The position numbers and the translations under genes are program-made. Shown piece by piece: positions 9,447 through 20,133 of a DNA stretch of 64,000 nt. Positions within the stretch are counted from its first letter, which is position 1. Each line of letters starts with the position of its first letter. The stretch comes from Corallococcus sp. NCRR. Its GTDB lineage: Bacteria; Myxococcota; Myxococcia; Myxococcales; Myxococcaceae. Where the stretch lies: the NCBI RefSeq assembly GCF_026965535.1, contig NZ_CP114039.1, positions 8,227,461 through 8,291,460 on the forward strand, in the 5' to 3' direction. Below the pieces are notes generated by a model, which searched no databases, was not told the origin of the DNA, and saw nothing but the letters and a program-made list of their open reading frames with translations.

Positions 9447-11714
9447 CTACTTCGCGGGCGCCGGAGCGGGCGCGGTCCCCGAGGGAGCGGGCGCGCCCGG
9501 CAGCTCGGACGGCACCAGCTTGGGCAACAGCACGCGGCAGGCGTCCTCGGAAAGCCAGTGGTACGTGCACAGCCATTCCGTGACGGGCACGCGCACCTGC
9601 CAGCCCAGCACGAAGAGGATGAGCAGCGTGAGCCCCAGGCGGGCGCCCAGCGACATGCTCTCGGTCTCGTCGTCGTCCTGCGTGTGGCGCAGCGCCCCGC
9701 GCACCAGGTCCGCGTGATCCACGCGCGCGTTGCTCGGCAGCTTGGGCCTGCGGGTGATGAGCGTCGCCACGCCGCGCGTGAGCATCAGCCGGTCATTGAG
9801 CGCCCAGCCGGAGCCCTCCAGGAGCAGCGCCAGGTTGCGCCTGCGCAGCTTCAACCACCCCAGCAGGCCCGCGGGCGCCATCACCACGATGGCCAGGATG
9901 GTCGCCGCGGTGATGACGTCCACCAGCGTGAGCGACTTCACCTGCGTGAGGATGAACGCCAGCGAGGAGCCCAGCGCCGCGAACGCGATGCCGCCCGCCG
10001 CGAGCACGCCCGCGAGGCCGCCTCCCGCCGGAGCCGCCGCGGGCGCCGCACCCGCCGGGGCCGGAGCCGCGGGGGGCGGAGGCGCGGTCACCGTCTGCTT
10101 GTAGCCGGACTCCAGCGACGCATCGAAGTCCTTCTCACCGGACGCGGCCAGCCCCTCCACCTTGCTGGTGATGAACGCGCCGATGCGCATGAACGGCATG
10201 GTCATCGACTCCCAGAGCGACACGGGCTGGCGGACGATCTGCGTGACGATGGCGTCGCTCTCCTTGCCGTCCACGTCGTAGAACACGCCGCGCTTGCCCA
10301 CGACGAGCTCCGTGCTGCGGCCGGCGGTGACGGGCACCGCCACCTCGTAGCCGTCCGTCGCGTCGCGGGGCAGCACCTTCACGTAGAGGATGCAGGTGGT
10401 CCCCTGCCCCGTCAGCGCCGCGTGCGCCGCGCGGTCCGTCACCAGCACGGACAGCGTGTACTTGCGCCCCGCCATGATGAGCGAGCCCCGCTCCATCAGC
10501 GCCCGCCGCTTGGGCAGGTACAGGTTGGGCATGCTGATGAAGTTGTTGGCGAACTGCAGCAGCCAGCGCTGGTACAGCACCAGCCGCTCCAGCTCCGCGA
10601 TGACGTCCAGCGTGGGCTTGAGCGACAGGTCCTCGCGGCTCACCGACTCCAGCGCGTCCAGCTCCTCGTCCGATACGGCAGCCAGCGTGTCCGCCACCGC
10701 GTGCAGCGGGCTTGAGTCGCGCTTCGCCTGCCAGCCGAGGATGGCTTCCGCCTTCGCGGACAGCTCGCGCCAGGCCGTGTCCGTCAGCTTCACGCCGTCG
10801 CCCAAGAGCGGCGTCGCGACCTCCTGGTGGAAGGCCTCCAGCTTCTCGTAGCCGGCGCCGCGGTACAGCCGCGCCCACACCAGCACGCCGCTGGGGTCCG
10901 GCGGCGCGATGGGCAGCTCGTTCGCGGCCTTCCCCATGGCGCCCAGGTCCCCCAGCGCGCCCTCCACCCGGTCCGCGCGCAGGCGCAGGCTGGCGGCGGC
11001 CTCCGGCTGCGCGGCCACCAGCCGGCACTGCACGAAGTAGCCATCCAGGAGCGGCGCCACGTCGCGCACGCGCTTCGCCTGCTCCAGGCTCGCCGTGCCC
11101 CAGGTGAACAGCGCGTCCTTGCCGCCCAGGTGCGCGAGCAGGGCCGCGCGCTCCTCGCGGAAGCGCTTCACCAGCCCCACGTCCACGCCCGCCAGGCCCG
11201 CGCGGTTCGTCACCTGCGGGAAGGCCGCGATGATGGACTGCGCCAGGGGCCGCAGCCGCTCCGGCAGCGACACCGGCGCGATGATGCCGTCGCCGTTCTT
11301 GCCCGCGTCGCGCAGCGCCTTGTCGCTGGTGCGCAGCTGCTCCAGCGACAGCTTCGTGATGTCCGGCGCGTTGAGCGTGCGCAGCACCAGCTCCGCCGCG
11401 CCCCGGAGGTTGGCCCCCGTCTCGGAGAGCGCGGAGAGCTCCAGCACGTCGCTGCCCGCGTCCGCGCCCTTGCGGTCCTGAAGCCGCGCCGCCGTCCAGT
11501 CCACCGCGGCGCGCAGCTCCTCCACGCGGATGCGGCGGTTGCCGTCCGCGTCCATCAGCGTGAGGAAGCGCGGATCACACGCGATGCCCTCCATGGGGCA
11601 CGCGAGCGCCATCCACTGCGTCGCGGGGATCCTCACCGCCTCGGTGAGGGTGTTGAAGTCAGGGATGTCGACCTGGAGCGAGCCGCCGTAGCGGCGATAG
11701 ACGAGCTGTGCCAT
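9447..11714 (-). CDS. Large hypothetical protein with Ala/Pro-rich linker and C-terminal transmembrane helices; start uncertain (11714 or 11753)
   Basis: A single long ORF of ~755-768 aa with coherent codon usage, two predicted TM helices near residues 560-620 and one near the C-terminus. No family recognised. Confidence 0.5.
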   Translation of the reverse strand: MAQLVYRRYGGSLQVDIPDFNTLTEAVRIPATQWMALACPMEGIACDPRFLTLMDADGNRRIRVEELRAAVDWTAARLQDRKGADAGSDVLELSALSETGANLRGAAELVLRTLNAPDITKLSLEQLRTSDKALRDAGKNGDGIIAPVSLPERLRPLAQSIIAAFPQVTNRAGLAGVDVGLVKRFREERAALLAHLGGKDALFTWGTASLEQAKRVRDVAPLLDGYFVQCRLVAAQPEAAASLRLRADRVEGALGDLGAMGKAANELPIAPPDPSGVLVWARLYRGAGYEKLEAFHQEVATPLLGDGVKLTDTAWRELSAKAEAILGWQAKRDSSPLHAVADTLAAVSDEELDALESVSREDLSLKPTLDVIAELERLVLYQRWLLQFANNFISMPNLYLPKRRALMERGSLIMAGRKYTLSVLVTDRAAHAALTGQGTTCILYVKVLPRDATDGYEVAVPVTAGRSTELVVGKRGVFYDVDGKESDAIVTQIVRQPVSLWESMTMPFMRIGAFITSKVEGLAASGEKDFDASLESGYKQTVTAPPPPAAPAPAGAAPAAAPAGGGLAGVLAAGGIAFAALGSSLAFILTQVKSLTLVDVITAATILAIVVMAPAGLLGWLKLRRRNLALLLEGSGWALNDRLMLTRGVATLITRRPKLPSNARVDHADLVRGALRHTQDDDETESMSLGARLGLTLLILFVLGWQVRVPVTEWLCTYHWLSEDACRVLLPKLVPSELPGAPAPSGTAPAPAPAK

Positions 11715-11817
11715 GCGTCGGACGAAGACAGCACACCCCGTCCGGGTGTGCACGCCTCAACATCACGCCGCGCCCGGGAAGGAAGGCCCGGGCGGCCTCC
11801 CTTCCCTGGGTCACCCG

Positions 11818-13437
11818 CTACTGCGCGGTGGCGACGGCGCTGTACACGCCGGGGTTCTGCCCCTGGCCGATGATGTAGACGGCCCGGGCGTCATCCTTGC
11901 CCGCGAAGTACACGGGCACCTGCACGCCCTGGTCGAGCGTCTTGCGCGCTCCCGACTTCACGTCGTAGACGGCCACGTCGTAGGTGTCCGAGTCCATGCG
12001 CGCGTACGTCGCGAGCACGCGGGCGCCGTCCTCCGAAATCTTGTAGCTGAAGATGCCCTGCAGCCACGTCTTCGCCTCGGCCTGCTTCTGGTTCAGGTCC
12101 ACGGCCTTGAAGTCGCACGCGCGGCCGTTGCGGATGCAGTTGGTGCGGAACACCACCGCGGCGTTGTGGGGCGCGAAGCCGTAGCCGAACACGCCCGGCT
12201 GCACCTTCTCCGCCTTCTCCTGGCCCAGCGCGTACAGCATCAGGTCCACGGAGAACACCGGCTTCACGAAGCGCGACAGGAACGCCACGTATCGGCTGTC
12301 CGAGCCCCACACGAAGTTGGGCACGCGGTCCCCCACGCGCTTGGGCGCGCCGTCCGGCAGCGACGCCACGGCCAGGCCCCCCGCGCGAGACGGCTGGTCG
12401 TACTTCTCCAGGAAGCCCACCGCCTTGGAGTCCGGCGCGAACGCCAGCTCCTCCACGGCCTCGCCCAGCTTGCGCCCCGCGCCGCCGGACGCCGGGCCCA
12501 CGTACAGGTCGCCCAGCTGCTCCGGCTTGCCGTTCTCCGTGCGCGCCAGCCACTGGCCATCCGGGGAGAAGCTGAAGTTCTTCGAGCCCGTGGCCAGCTT
12601 CGCGCCCTTCAGCGCGGGCACGTCCGCGAGGTACAGGTCATACATCCCGCGCACGGCCTCGCTGCGCACCTGGTAGGCCACGTGCTTTCCGTCCGAGGAC
12701 ACCTGGTAGTCGCCCACCTGATCCGCCAGCTTGCGCGGCGCCTCCGTGGAGCCCACCGTCACCGCCGCCAGCCCGCCCGCGGCCGACAGCCGGCGCTTGA
12801 AGAGCAGCGTCTTGCCGTCCGGGGTGAACTGCGCGGTGCTCACCTCGCCCGCCACGTCCTGGAACGGCCCCTGCGGCAGCTTGCCCAGCTTCAGCGTGCC
12901 CGCGTCCACGAAGGCCACGTGCGCGCCGTCCGGCGACGGCAACAGGTAGCTCACCGCCGTGCCCAGCTTCACCGGCTCCGCGGCCGCGTCCGTGAGCGGC
13001 AGCACGTTCAATTCACCGGACTGCGAGGCCGGGTTGTAGCCCGTCACGTACAACAGGTGCTTCGAGTCCTGGGTGAACAGCAGGCTGCCCGGCACGTTCG
13101 TCACGCCGTCGCCCAGCGCGCGCGACTTCCCGCCCGCCGTCGGCACGATGTGCAGCGAGCCCACCAGCATCTGCGGCGGAATGCCGTCCAGCCGGGGCTT
13201 CTGCCCGTTGAGCAGGAACGTGGCGAACTGCCCGTCCGGAGACAGGCGCAGGTCCGCCGCGCGCCCCGCCGCGAGCAACTGCCCCTGCCCGCCCACCACC
13301 GCGGTCCCCTTGGCCGCGCTGCGGACCGTGTCCCCCTGCGCGGCGCTGCGCTGGGAGGGCGCGGCGTTGTCCTCGCCCTTCTTGCACCCTGACACCGCCA
13401 GCAGGGCCACCAGGCCCACCATCCCGGTTCGCTTCAT
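11818..13437 (-). CDS. Lipoprotein with TolB-like PD40 beta-propeller repeats
   Basis: Start at [21 protein letters not shown] (lipobox LAVSGC). Recurrent SPDGxxx[22 protein letters not shown]40-type repeats are present. The N-terminal 155 aa of the six-frame ORF are a GC-driven extension. Confidence 0.7.
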   Translation of the reverse strand: MKRTGMVGLVALLAVSGCKKGEDNAAPSQRSAAQGDTVRSAAKGTAVVGGQGQLLAAGRAADLRLSPDGQFATFLLNGQKPRLDGIPPQMLVGSLHIVPTAGGKSRALGDGVTNVPGSLLFTQDSKHLLYVTGYNPASQSGELNVLPLTDAAAEPVKLGTAVSYLLPSPDGAHVAFVDAGTLKLGKLPQGPFQDVAGEVSTAQFTPDGKTLLFKRRLSAAGGLAAVTVGSTEAPRKLADQVGDYQVSSDGKHVAYQVRSEAVRGMYDLYLADVPALKGAKLATGSKNFSFSPDGQWLARTENGKPEQLGDLYVGPASGGAGRKLGEAVEELAFAPDSKAVGFLEKYDQPSRAGGLAVASLPDGAPKRVGDRVPNFVWGSDSRYVAFLSRFVKPVFSVDLMLYALGQEKAEKVQPGVFGYGFAPHNAAVVFRTNCIRNGRACDFKAVDLNQKQAEAKTWLQGIFSYKISEDGARVLATYARMDSDTYDVAVYDVKSGARKTLDQGVQVPVYFAGKDDARAVYIIGQGQNPGVYSAVATAQ

Positions 13438-14798
13438 GCGCTCGTCTGTCCTTCCGTCTGGGCGACAACGCCCGCGAGTGGCAGCCAGGCCGCCAGGTCC
13501 TGCTTCGCCCGCGCCGAGTAGGCCGCGCGCTTGTCCGCCTTCTTCATCCGCCCGGACAGCGGCGGGAACAGGCCGTAGATGACGTTGGTGGGCTGGTGCG
13601 GGTGATCCGGCGGGTGCGCTTCCCCGGTGAGGTGCCGGTACAGCGACCCCAGCGCCGTCGTGGCCGGGGGCGGCACGAACGCGGTGCCCGTCAGCCGCGC
13701 GTGCACCGCCAGCGCCACCATGTAGCCGCACGCCGCGCTCTCCACGTAGCCCTCCACGCCCGTCACCTGTCCCGCGAAGAACACCCGCCGCTCCGTCTTC
13801 AACGACAGGTCCTCCGCCAGCAGGCGGGGCGAGTCGATGAACGTGTTGCGGTGGATCTGCCCCATCCGCAGGAACTCCGCATTCTGGAGGCCCGGGATGC
13901 ACGTGCTGAAGATGCGCTTCTGTTCACCCCAGGTCAGACGCGTCTGGAAGCCCACCATGTTCCACGCCGTGCCCGCCCGGTCCTCCATGCGCAACTGCAC
14001 CACCGCGTACGGGTCCTGCCCCGTGCGCGGGTCCTTCAGCCCCACGGGCTTCATCGGCCCGTAGGCCAGCGTGTCGTCGCCGCGCTCGGCCATCACCTCG
14101 ATGGGCAGACACCCTTCGAAGTATTTCGGTTCCTCGAAGCTGTGCGGCACCACCTTCTGCCCTGCCTTCACCTCGGTGACGAAGCGGTAGTACTCGTCCT
14201 TCGTCATGGGCAGGTTGAGGTAGTCGTCCCCGCCGCCCTTGCCGTAGCGGCTCTGGCGGAACGCGATGTCCATGTCGATGGAGTCGCCGTTCAGGATGGG
14301 CGCGATGGAGTCGTAGAAGTAGAGCTTCGTGCCCACGTGGCGCTCCAGGTCCGCCGTGAGCGCCTCCGACGTCAGCGGCCCCGTGGCCACCACCACCACG
14401 CCGTCCTCCGGAAGCTTCTCCACCTCACCGCCCACCAGCTCCACGCCCGCGCCGGAAGTCAGCCGGGTGGTGATTTCGCGCGAGAAGCCCTCGCGCTCCA
14501 CCGCCAGCGCGTCACCTGCGGGCACGCGGTGCAGGTCCGCGCTGGACAGCACCAGCGAACCCAGCGCGCGCAGCTCCGCGTGCAGGAGGCCAATGGCGCT
14601 CTCCGGGTTGTCCGAGCGCAGCGAGTTGCTGCACACCAGCTCCGCGAGCGAGTCCGACTTGTGCGCGGGGGAGCGCTTCTGCGGCTTCATCTCCCGCAGC
14701 ACCACCGGCACGCCGCGCCGCGCCAGCTGATACGCGCACTCCGTCCCCGCCAGGCCGCCGCCAATCACCGTCACCCGCTGCTGCTTCACGTCCGACAT
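13434..14798 (-). CDS. trmFO: Methylenetetrahydrofolate--tRNA-(uracil54-C5)-methyltransferase TrmFO
   Basis: Start at [26 protein letters not shown] (FAD GxGxxG motif). Full-length similarity pattern to TrmFO/Gid. Confidence 0.88.
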   Translation of the reverse strand: MSDVKQQRVTVIGGGLAGTECAYQLARRGVPVVLREMKPQKRSPAHKSDSLAELVCSNSLRSDNPESAIGLLHAELRALGSLVLSSADLHRVPAGDALAVEREGFSREITTRLTSGAGVELVGGEVEKLPEDGVVVVATGPLTSEALTADLERHVGTKLYFYDSIAPILNGDSIDMDIAFRQSRYGKGGGDDYLNLPMTKDEYYRFVTEVKAGQKVVPHSFEEPKYFEGCLPIEVMAERGDDTLAYGPMKPVGLKDPRTGQDPYAVVQLRMEDRAGTAWNMVGFQTRLTWGEQKRIFSTCIPGLQNAEFLRMGQIHRNTFIDSPRLLAEDLSLKTERRVFFAGQVTGVEGYVESAACGYMVALAVHARLTGTAFVPPPATTALGSLYRHLTGEAHPPDHPHQPTNVIYGLFPPLSGRMKKADKRAAYSARAKQDLAAWLPLAGVVAQTEGQTSA

Positions 14799-15028
14799 GC
14801 ATGCCTCCGGGCCCCCTCGTACCGGGGACCCAAAGGGCCCTGTTAGCAGAGAGGCCACGCCCTTTCACGTCCGCCCGCCTGCCCTGCGTCCCACCATGCG
14901 TGCGGAATGGGAGGTGAGGTTTCCCCACCTCGGATCCAACCCTAGGTTTCTCGCGGTCTTCGCTCGGGACGGGAAGCGTCCGGGCGAGCGCCCTACAACC
15001 GCCAATCTGGGATGGGAGTGACGCAGCC

Positions 15029-15421
15029 ATGAGCCGAGCCGACGACTTGTTGAAGATCCGGGGCCTGTTGCAGGAGCGTCGCAGGACGACCGAGACCGCG
15101 CAGGCAGGCGCCCGCCGTGAGCTGGCCGCCCTGAAGGATCAGGAGCGTGATCCCGAGTACGAGGAGCAGGCGCAAGCAGAGCTGGCGGACTACACGCTCA
15201 GCACGCTGATTGAAGCGCAGCGCCGGGAGATCATGCTCATCGACGCCGCGATGAGCCGCATGGACAACGACGTGTTCGGTGAGTGCGTGGACTGCGGCAA
15301 CGAAATCTCGCTGGACCGGCTGGAGGCCATGCCCTTCGCCATCCGCTGTGAAGAGGACGCCGCCATCCACGAGCAGGAGACGCGAGAGGCCGCGCGCCAC
15401 GTGGGCAGCCTGTCCCTCTAG
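15029..15421 (+). CDS. DksA/TraR-family C4-type zinc-finger protein
   Basis: 130 aa with an N-terminal coiled-coil and a C-terminal CVDCGNEISLDRLEAMPFAIRC zinc finger. Confidence 0.8.
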   Translation: MSRADDLLKIRGLLQERRRTTETAQAGARRELAALKDQERDPEYEEQAQAELADYTLSTLIEAQRREIMLIDAAMSRMDNDVFGECVDCGNEISLDRLEAMPFAIRCEEDAAIHEQETREAARHVGSLSL

Positions 15422-15438
15422 CGAAGCCGTCTGGAGCG

Positions 15439-15469
15439 CTCCCCCGTGCGTCCATCCCGCGCGGGGGAG
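15439..15469. terminator. Bidirectional terminator candidate hairpin (CTCCCCCG ... CGGGGGAG) between convergent genes
   Basis: 8-bp perfect inverted repeat between the convergent dksA-like gene and the ExbD/TolR-like gene. Confidence 0.3.
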
Positions 15470-15484
15470 TCGTGTGTCCGGCGG

Positions 15485-16060
15485 CTACTCCGCGTCGCGC
15501 TGGAGGACGATGAAGCGGTAGTTCTGAAGCTCGTTCTCGCCCGCCGTGTAGAGCACCGTGAGCAGCAGGTCGTACGGGACCATCTTGTCCGCGATGACCG
15601 ACAGCTCGTGCGTGAAGGGCGCCGCCGGGTTGCGCTCTTCGATGTACTTGAGCTTCGCCACTTCCTTCTTCAGCTGCGCGTCCAGCCCCGCCACCAGGCG
15701 CCCCTGGAGCTGGGCCTCCGGGATGCGGCCGTCCTTCAGCCGCACCACCTCTTTGTCCCCCACGAGGATGTTCTTGGGGGTGATGGTGATGGCCACCGTG
15801 TCCTTGGGGGAGGCGCGCGTGGAGGACACCGGCGGCCGGACGTCCTCCGACGCGGTGATGGCCGCGGAGGACGACGCGAAGGACTTCAGGAGGAACACCA
15901 GGATGATGGTCATCATGTCCATCATCGCGGTGATGTTGAGCTCCTTCACCTCGCTGGCGGCCTCGCGCTCCTTGCGCTTCTTGCGCGCGAGCGCCCGGCG
16001 GTAGCGCATGCGCGCGAGCTGGTCGGCTTCTTCGGCGGACAGGGGCGCGGTTTCGGCCAT
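15485..16060 (-). CDS. ExbD/TolR-family proton-channel accessory protein (second of two)
   Basis: 191 aa with a single N-terminal TM helix carrying a conserved Asp (NITAMMDMMTIILVFLL) and an ExbD/TolR periplasmic domain. Confidence 0.8.
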   Translation of the reverse strand: MAETAPLSAEEADQLARMRYRRALARKKRKEREAASEVKELNITAMMDMMTIILVFLLKSFASSSAAITASEDVRPPVSSTRASPKDTVAITITPKNILVGDKEVVRLKDGRIPEAQLQGRLVAGLDAQLKKEVAKLKYIEERNPAAPFTHELSVIADKMVPYDLLLTVLYTAGENELQNYRFIVLQRDAE

Positions 16061-16062
16061 GG

Positions 16063-16587
16063 CTAGAGGACGCCCAGGGTGACGTCGGGGAAGAGCAGCT
16101 TGCGCTCGGCGACGGTGCCCGTCGTCTCACGCAGGGCGTCCATCGTCTGGATCAGCGCGTCGTAGGGGATGTCCGGATCCGCCGCGACGATGACCTTCGT
16201 CTCCCGCGGGAAGGCGGCCTTGAGCTTCACCATCTGCGCGTTCAGCGCGGCGTAGTCCTGCGTGCCGTCCGCGCGCAGGGGCAGCGTGGGCGCGCCGCCC
16301 TCCGTGGCGGGGATCTCCGCGCTGTTGCCCCGGACGATGAGCCCCTTCTGGGAGATGAGCACGGACAGGTTCAGCTTGGGCGCGTCCGCGTCCCCACCCG
16401 CCCCCGCGGTGGCGCCGTAGCTGGGCGCGTTCACGTTGAGCGCGCCAAAGGCGGTGAGGCCCGTAATCGACAGCAGCATGAAGATGATGAGGTTCATGAG
16501 GATGTCGAGGTACGGGACGATGTTCAGCTCGCCCGCCTCCTCCTCTTCCCTCGGCTTCAGCTTCCGGCGCGAGTAGTGGAACGCCAT
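16063..16587 (-). CDS. ExbD/TolR-family proton-channel accessory protein (first of two)
   Basis: 174 aa with a TM helix carrying Asp (LNIVPYLDILMNLIIF). Confidence 0.8.
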   Translation of the reverse strand: MAFHYSRRKLKPREEEEAGELNIVPYLDILMNLIIFMLLSITGLTAFGALNVNAPSYGATAGAGGDADAPKLNLSVLISQKGLIVRGNSAEIPATEGGAPTLPLRADGTQDYAALNAQMVKLKAAFPRETKVIVAADPDIPYDALIQTMDALRETTGTVAERKLLFPDVTLGVL

Positions 16588-16597
16588 GGCGTGTCTG

Positions 16598-17353
16598 CTA
16601 CGACGCGGCGCGGACGTCGGAGTCCGAGGGGATGACTTCCAGCGAGCCCCGGCGCGACAGCAGGTTCTCCAGCTTCAGCGCGTTGAGCTCCACCAGCTCC
16701 ACCATGTTCTTGGCGTAGTTGCTGAAGAACAGGTGCGACACGATGCAGAGCACCGCGATGGAGAGGCCGAAGCCCGTGTTGTACATGGCCTCCGAGATGC
16801 CGTTGGAGAGCAGCGCCTGCTTCTGCTCCGCCGGCACGTTGCCCAGCGCGCGGAAGGTGCCGATGAGGCCCACGATGGTGCCGACCAGGCCCACGAGCGT
16901 CGCGATGTTCGCGAGCGACCACAGCCACTGCACCCGGCGCGACACGTGCGGCGTGTACTCCGCCAGCGCCTCCTCCACCGCCTTGGCGACCTCCAGCTCC
17001 CCCCGGTTCGCGTTGATCAGCCCCGCGCGGATGACGCGGGCCAGGGGCGAGCGCGGCGCCATGCCGCAGAACTTCACCGCGCGGTCCAGGTTGCCGCTGC
17101 GGACCATCTTGTGGACCTGCTCGATGAACGCCGTCGCGTTGAGGCGGTAGCGGTAGAGCAGCGTCACCGCGCGCTCGCCGATCACCGCCAGCGAGGCGGC
17201 CAGCCAGAACAGGTTCACGAACATGAACGGGCCGCCGGCCTTGAAGGCGCCGACGATGAAGTCCCCCAGCCCTCCCGAAGAGGCATGGCCCGCCGCGGCG
17301 GGTGCGGCCTCGGCCACCACCACACGCAGCAACTCATTCATGGAGGGAATCAT
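16598..17353 (-). CDS. MotA/TolQ/ExbB-family proton channel
   Basis: Start at MIPSMNELL, with three TM helices and a MotA_ExbB C-terminal signature (LANIATLVGLVGTIVGLIGTF). The N-terminal 26 aa of the ORF is a GC-driven extension. Confidence 0.8.
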   Translation of the reverse strand: MIPSMNELLRVVVAEAAPAAAGHASSGGLGDFIVGAFKAGGPFMFVNLFWLAASLAVIGERAVTLLYRYRLNATAFIEQVHKMVRSGNLDRAVKFCGMAPRSPLARVIRAGLINANRGELEVAKAVEEALAEYTPHVSRRVQWLWSLANIATLVGLVGTIVGLIGTFRALGNVPAEQKQALLSNGISEAMYNTGFGLSIAVLCIVSHLFFSNYAKNMVELVELNALKLENLLSRRGSLEVIPSDSDVRAAS

Positions 17354-17515
17354 CGCGGACCGCGTCCTTTCGCTGCCCCCGCGCGCACCCCTGCCGCGAA
17401 ACGGGCAGGAGGCATGCTGGTGGGCCGGGAGCAATCCGGACTTCTAGGACTTCGTGCGCGAGGGTGTCAAGCCAGGGGGCCGGGCCTACCCCCCTGGAAT
17501 GACTGGGCTTTCCCC

Positions 17516-20110
17516 TCAGGCTTCCACGGTGGGCGTGGGAGCAGGCGCGCCTTCCGCGGAAGCCCCCGGAATGGCGGGCTCCACCACCTCGCGGCGGTAG
17601 TCGCACTCCTTATTGGGGCAGGCGATGTAGGCGCCGTCCCGCTTGGAGAACTTCTGCAGCAGGTAGGGCGACGCGCACTGCGGGCACTGCTCCGCGAGCG
17701 GCCGGTCCCACGCGGCGAACTTGCACTCCGGATACCGGTTGCAGCCGAAGAAGATCTTCCCGCGGCCGCTGCGGCGCTCGGTGAGGTACCCCACCTTGCA
17801 CTCCGGGCAGTTGACGCCAATGGAGATGGGCTTGGACGTCTTGCAGTCCGGGTAGCCCGAGCACGCCATGAAGCGCCCGAACCGGCCGCGTTTGATCACC
17901 ATGGGCTTGCCGCACTTCTCGCACTTCTCGTCCGTGGTCTCCTCCTCCACGATGACGATCTTGCCCTCGGCGTCCCGCTTGAAGTCCTTGGTGTTCTTGC
18001 AGTCGGGGTAGTTCGAGCAGGCGAGGAAGTGGCCCATCTTCCCGAACTTGATGACGAACGGGTTGCCGCACTTCTCGCAGGCGATGTCGGTCTTGATCTC
18101 CTCGCGCTTGACGTCGCGCATCTCCGCTTCGGCCTTCTCCAGGGTCTCCTTGAAGGGGCCGTAGAAGTCGTGCAGCACCGTCTTCCAGGACGCGCCGCCG
18201 TCGGAGATCTGGTCCAGCTTCTCCTCCATGCTGGCCGTGAACGACACGTCCAGCTCATGGGGGAAGTGCTTCACCAGCAGCTCGTTGGTCATCTGCCCCA
18301 GGTCGGTGGGACGGAAGCGGCTCTCCAGCTTCTCCACGTACTTCTTGTCCTGGATGTTGGAGAGGATGGCCGCGTACGTGGACGGACGCCCGATGCCGCG
18401 CTCCTCCAGCTCCTTCACCAGCGTGGCTTCGCTGAAGCGCGGAGGGGGCTGGGTGAAGTGCTGCTCGTTGAGCAGCTTGTCCAGCGTGAGGACCTCGCCC
18501 TCGTTGAGCGGGGGCAGTTCGCCCACCGCGTCCTCGGCGGCCTCTTCACCCGCGGCCTTGGCCTTCTCCGCCGCGGCCTCTTCCTCCGGCGTGAGGCCGG
18601 CGCCGTAGACGCCCAGGTAGCCGGGGAACTTCAGCGTGCTGCCGGACGCGCGGAAGGTGGCGCGGCCCGCGGTGATGTCCGCGGCCGTCTGATCATAGAC
18701 GGCGGGCTTCATCTGGCACGCGACGAAGCGGTTCCAGATGAGCTCGTAGAGCCGGAACATGTCCAGCTCGTCCATGGCCTCGAAGAAGGCCTTCACGCGC
18801 TCGGGCGGGTACTCCAGGGACGTGGGCCGGATGGCCTCGTGCGCGTCCTGGGCGCTCTTGCGGCTCTTGTAGACCATGGGCTCCGGCGGCAGGTAGTCCG
18901 CGCCGTACTTCTGCCCGATGAACTCGCGCACCTGCGTCACGGCGTCGTCGGACAGACGCGTGGAGTCCGTACGCATGTACGTGATGAGCGCCGTCTGGCC
19001 CTCTTCACCCAGCGGGACGCCTTCGTACAGCTTCTGCGCCAGCGTCATCGTCTTCTTGGCGGTGAAGTGCAGCCGGTTCGCCGCCTCCTGCTGGAGCTTG
19101 GAGGTGATGAAGGGCGCGGGCGCGTTGCGGCGGCGCTCCTTGCGGTCCACCTTCGCCACGGTGAAGGGGGCATCCTTCAGCTCCGCGACGAGCCCGTCCG
19201 TGGTGGCGCGGTCCTTGAGCTCCACCTTCTTGCCGTCCACGCGGGACAGCTTCGCCTTGAAGGGCGGCGGCCCCTGCGGGCCCTGCACCAGCGCGTCCAG
19301 CGTCCAGTACTCTTCCGGCTGGAAGGCCTTGATCTCCGCCTCGCGCTCGACAATCAGGCGCACCGCGACGGACTGCACGCGGCCGGCGGACAGGCCGCGG
19401 CGGATCTTCTTCCAGAGCAGCGGCGAGATTTGATAGCCGACGAGCCGGTCGAGGATGCGGCGGGTCTGCTGCGAGTCGTAGTTGTCCTGATTGAGCTCAC
19501 GCGGCTGCGCGATGGCGTCCTGCACGGCGCGCTTGGTGATCTCGTTGAACGTCACCCGGAGCGAGTCCGGGTGGCCCAGCTCCTCCTTGATGTGCCAGGC
19601 GATGGCCTCGCCCTCGCGGTCGGGGTCCGTCGCCAGGAAGACGCGGTCCACCGTCTTGGCCATCTTCTTCAGCTCGTTGAGGACCTTCTCCTTGCCCTTG
19701 ATGACCGTGTACTCGGGCTTGAAGTCGTCCTCCACGTCGACGCCGATCTTGCTCTTGGGCAGGTCCTTCACGTGGCCCACGGACGCCTTCACCGTGTAGC
19801 CGGAGCCCAGGTACTTCTTGATGGTCTTCGCCTTGGCGGGCGACTCCACGACCACCAGGTAGTGCGGGCCCTTGCCACGGCGCTCGGGCACTTCTTCCTC
19901 GGCGTCCGCGTCCGCGTCCACGGTGGGGAGCTCGTCGGCGTCCGCGCCACGGCGGCGGGCCGCCGTCTTCTTCTTGGCGGTGACCTTCTTGGCAGCCGTC
20001 TTCTTCTTGGCGGCCTTCTTGGCCGCCGGCTTCTTCGCGGCCGCCTTCTTGGGCGTCTCCTCCGCCGCCGCCTCCGTCTGCGCCGCCTGTGTCTTCTTCC
20101 GCGTGGCCAT
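17516..20110 (-). CDS. topA: DNA topoisomerase I with Lys/Ala-rich N-terminal tail and multiple C-terminal C4 zinc ribbons
   Basis: 864 aa with a TOPRIM domain, the topo IA core, and repeated CxxC...CxxC zinc-ribbon modules. Confidence 0.92.
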   Translation of the reverse strand: MATRKKTQAAQTEAAAEETPKKAAAKKPAAKKAAKKKTAAKKVTAKKKTAARRRGADADELPTVDADADAEEEVPERRGKGPHYLVVVESPAKAKTIKKYLGSGYTVKASVGHVKDLPKSKIGVDVEDDFKPEYTVIKGKEKVLNELKKMAKTVDRVFLATDPDREGEAIAWHIKEELGHPDSLRVTFNEITKRAVQDAIAQPRELNQDNYDSQQTRRILDRLVGYQISPLLWKKIRRGLSAGRVQSVAVRLIVEREAEIKAFQPEEYWTLDALVQGPQGPPPFKAKLSRVDGKKVELKDRATTDGLVAELKDAPFTVAKVDRKERRRNAPAPFITSKLQQEAANRLHFTAKKTMTLAQKLYEGVPLGEEGQTALITYMRTDSTRLSDDAVTQVREFIGQKYGADYLPPEPMVYKSRKSAQDAHEAIRPTSLEYPPERVKAFFEAMDELDMFRLYELIWNRFVACQMKPAVYDQTAADITAGRATFRASGSTLKFPGYLGVYGAGLTPEEEAAAEKAKAAGEEAAEDAVGELPPLNEGEVLTLDKLLNEQHFTQPPPRFSEATLVKELEERGIGRPSTYAAILSNIQDKKYVEKLESRFRPTDLGQMTNELLVKHFPHELDVSFTASMEEKLDQISDGGASWKTVLHDFYGPFKETLEKAEAEMRDVKREEIKTDIACEKCGNPFVIKFGKMGHFLACSNYPDCKNTKDFKRDAEGKIVIVEEETTDEKCEKCGKPMVIKRGRFGRFMACSGYPDCKTSKPISIGVNCPECKVGYLTERRSGRGKIFFGCNRYPECKFAAWDRPLAEQCPQCASPYLLQKFSKRDGAYIACPNKECDYRREVVEPAIPGASAEGAPAPTPTVEA

Positions 20111-20133
20111 GGCTCTCCTACCTCGAACTGCCT

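Noticed and set aside
11776-11808. 13-bp inverted repeat GGGAAGGAAGGCC ... GGCCTCCCTTCCC as an intrinsic terminator
   Set aside because: There is no U-tract on either strand. It may still be a hairpin or protein-binding site, but evidence for a terminator is weak.
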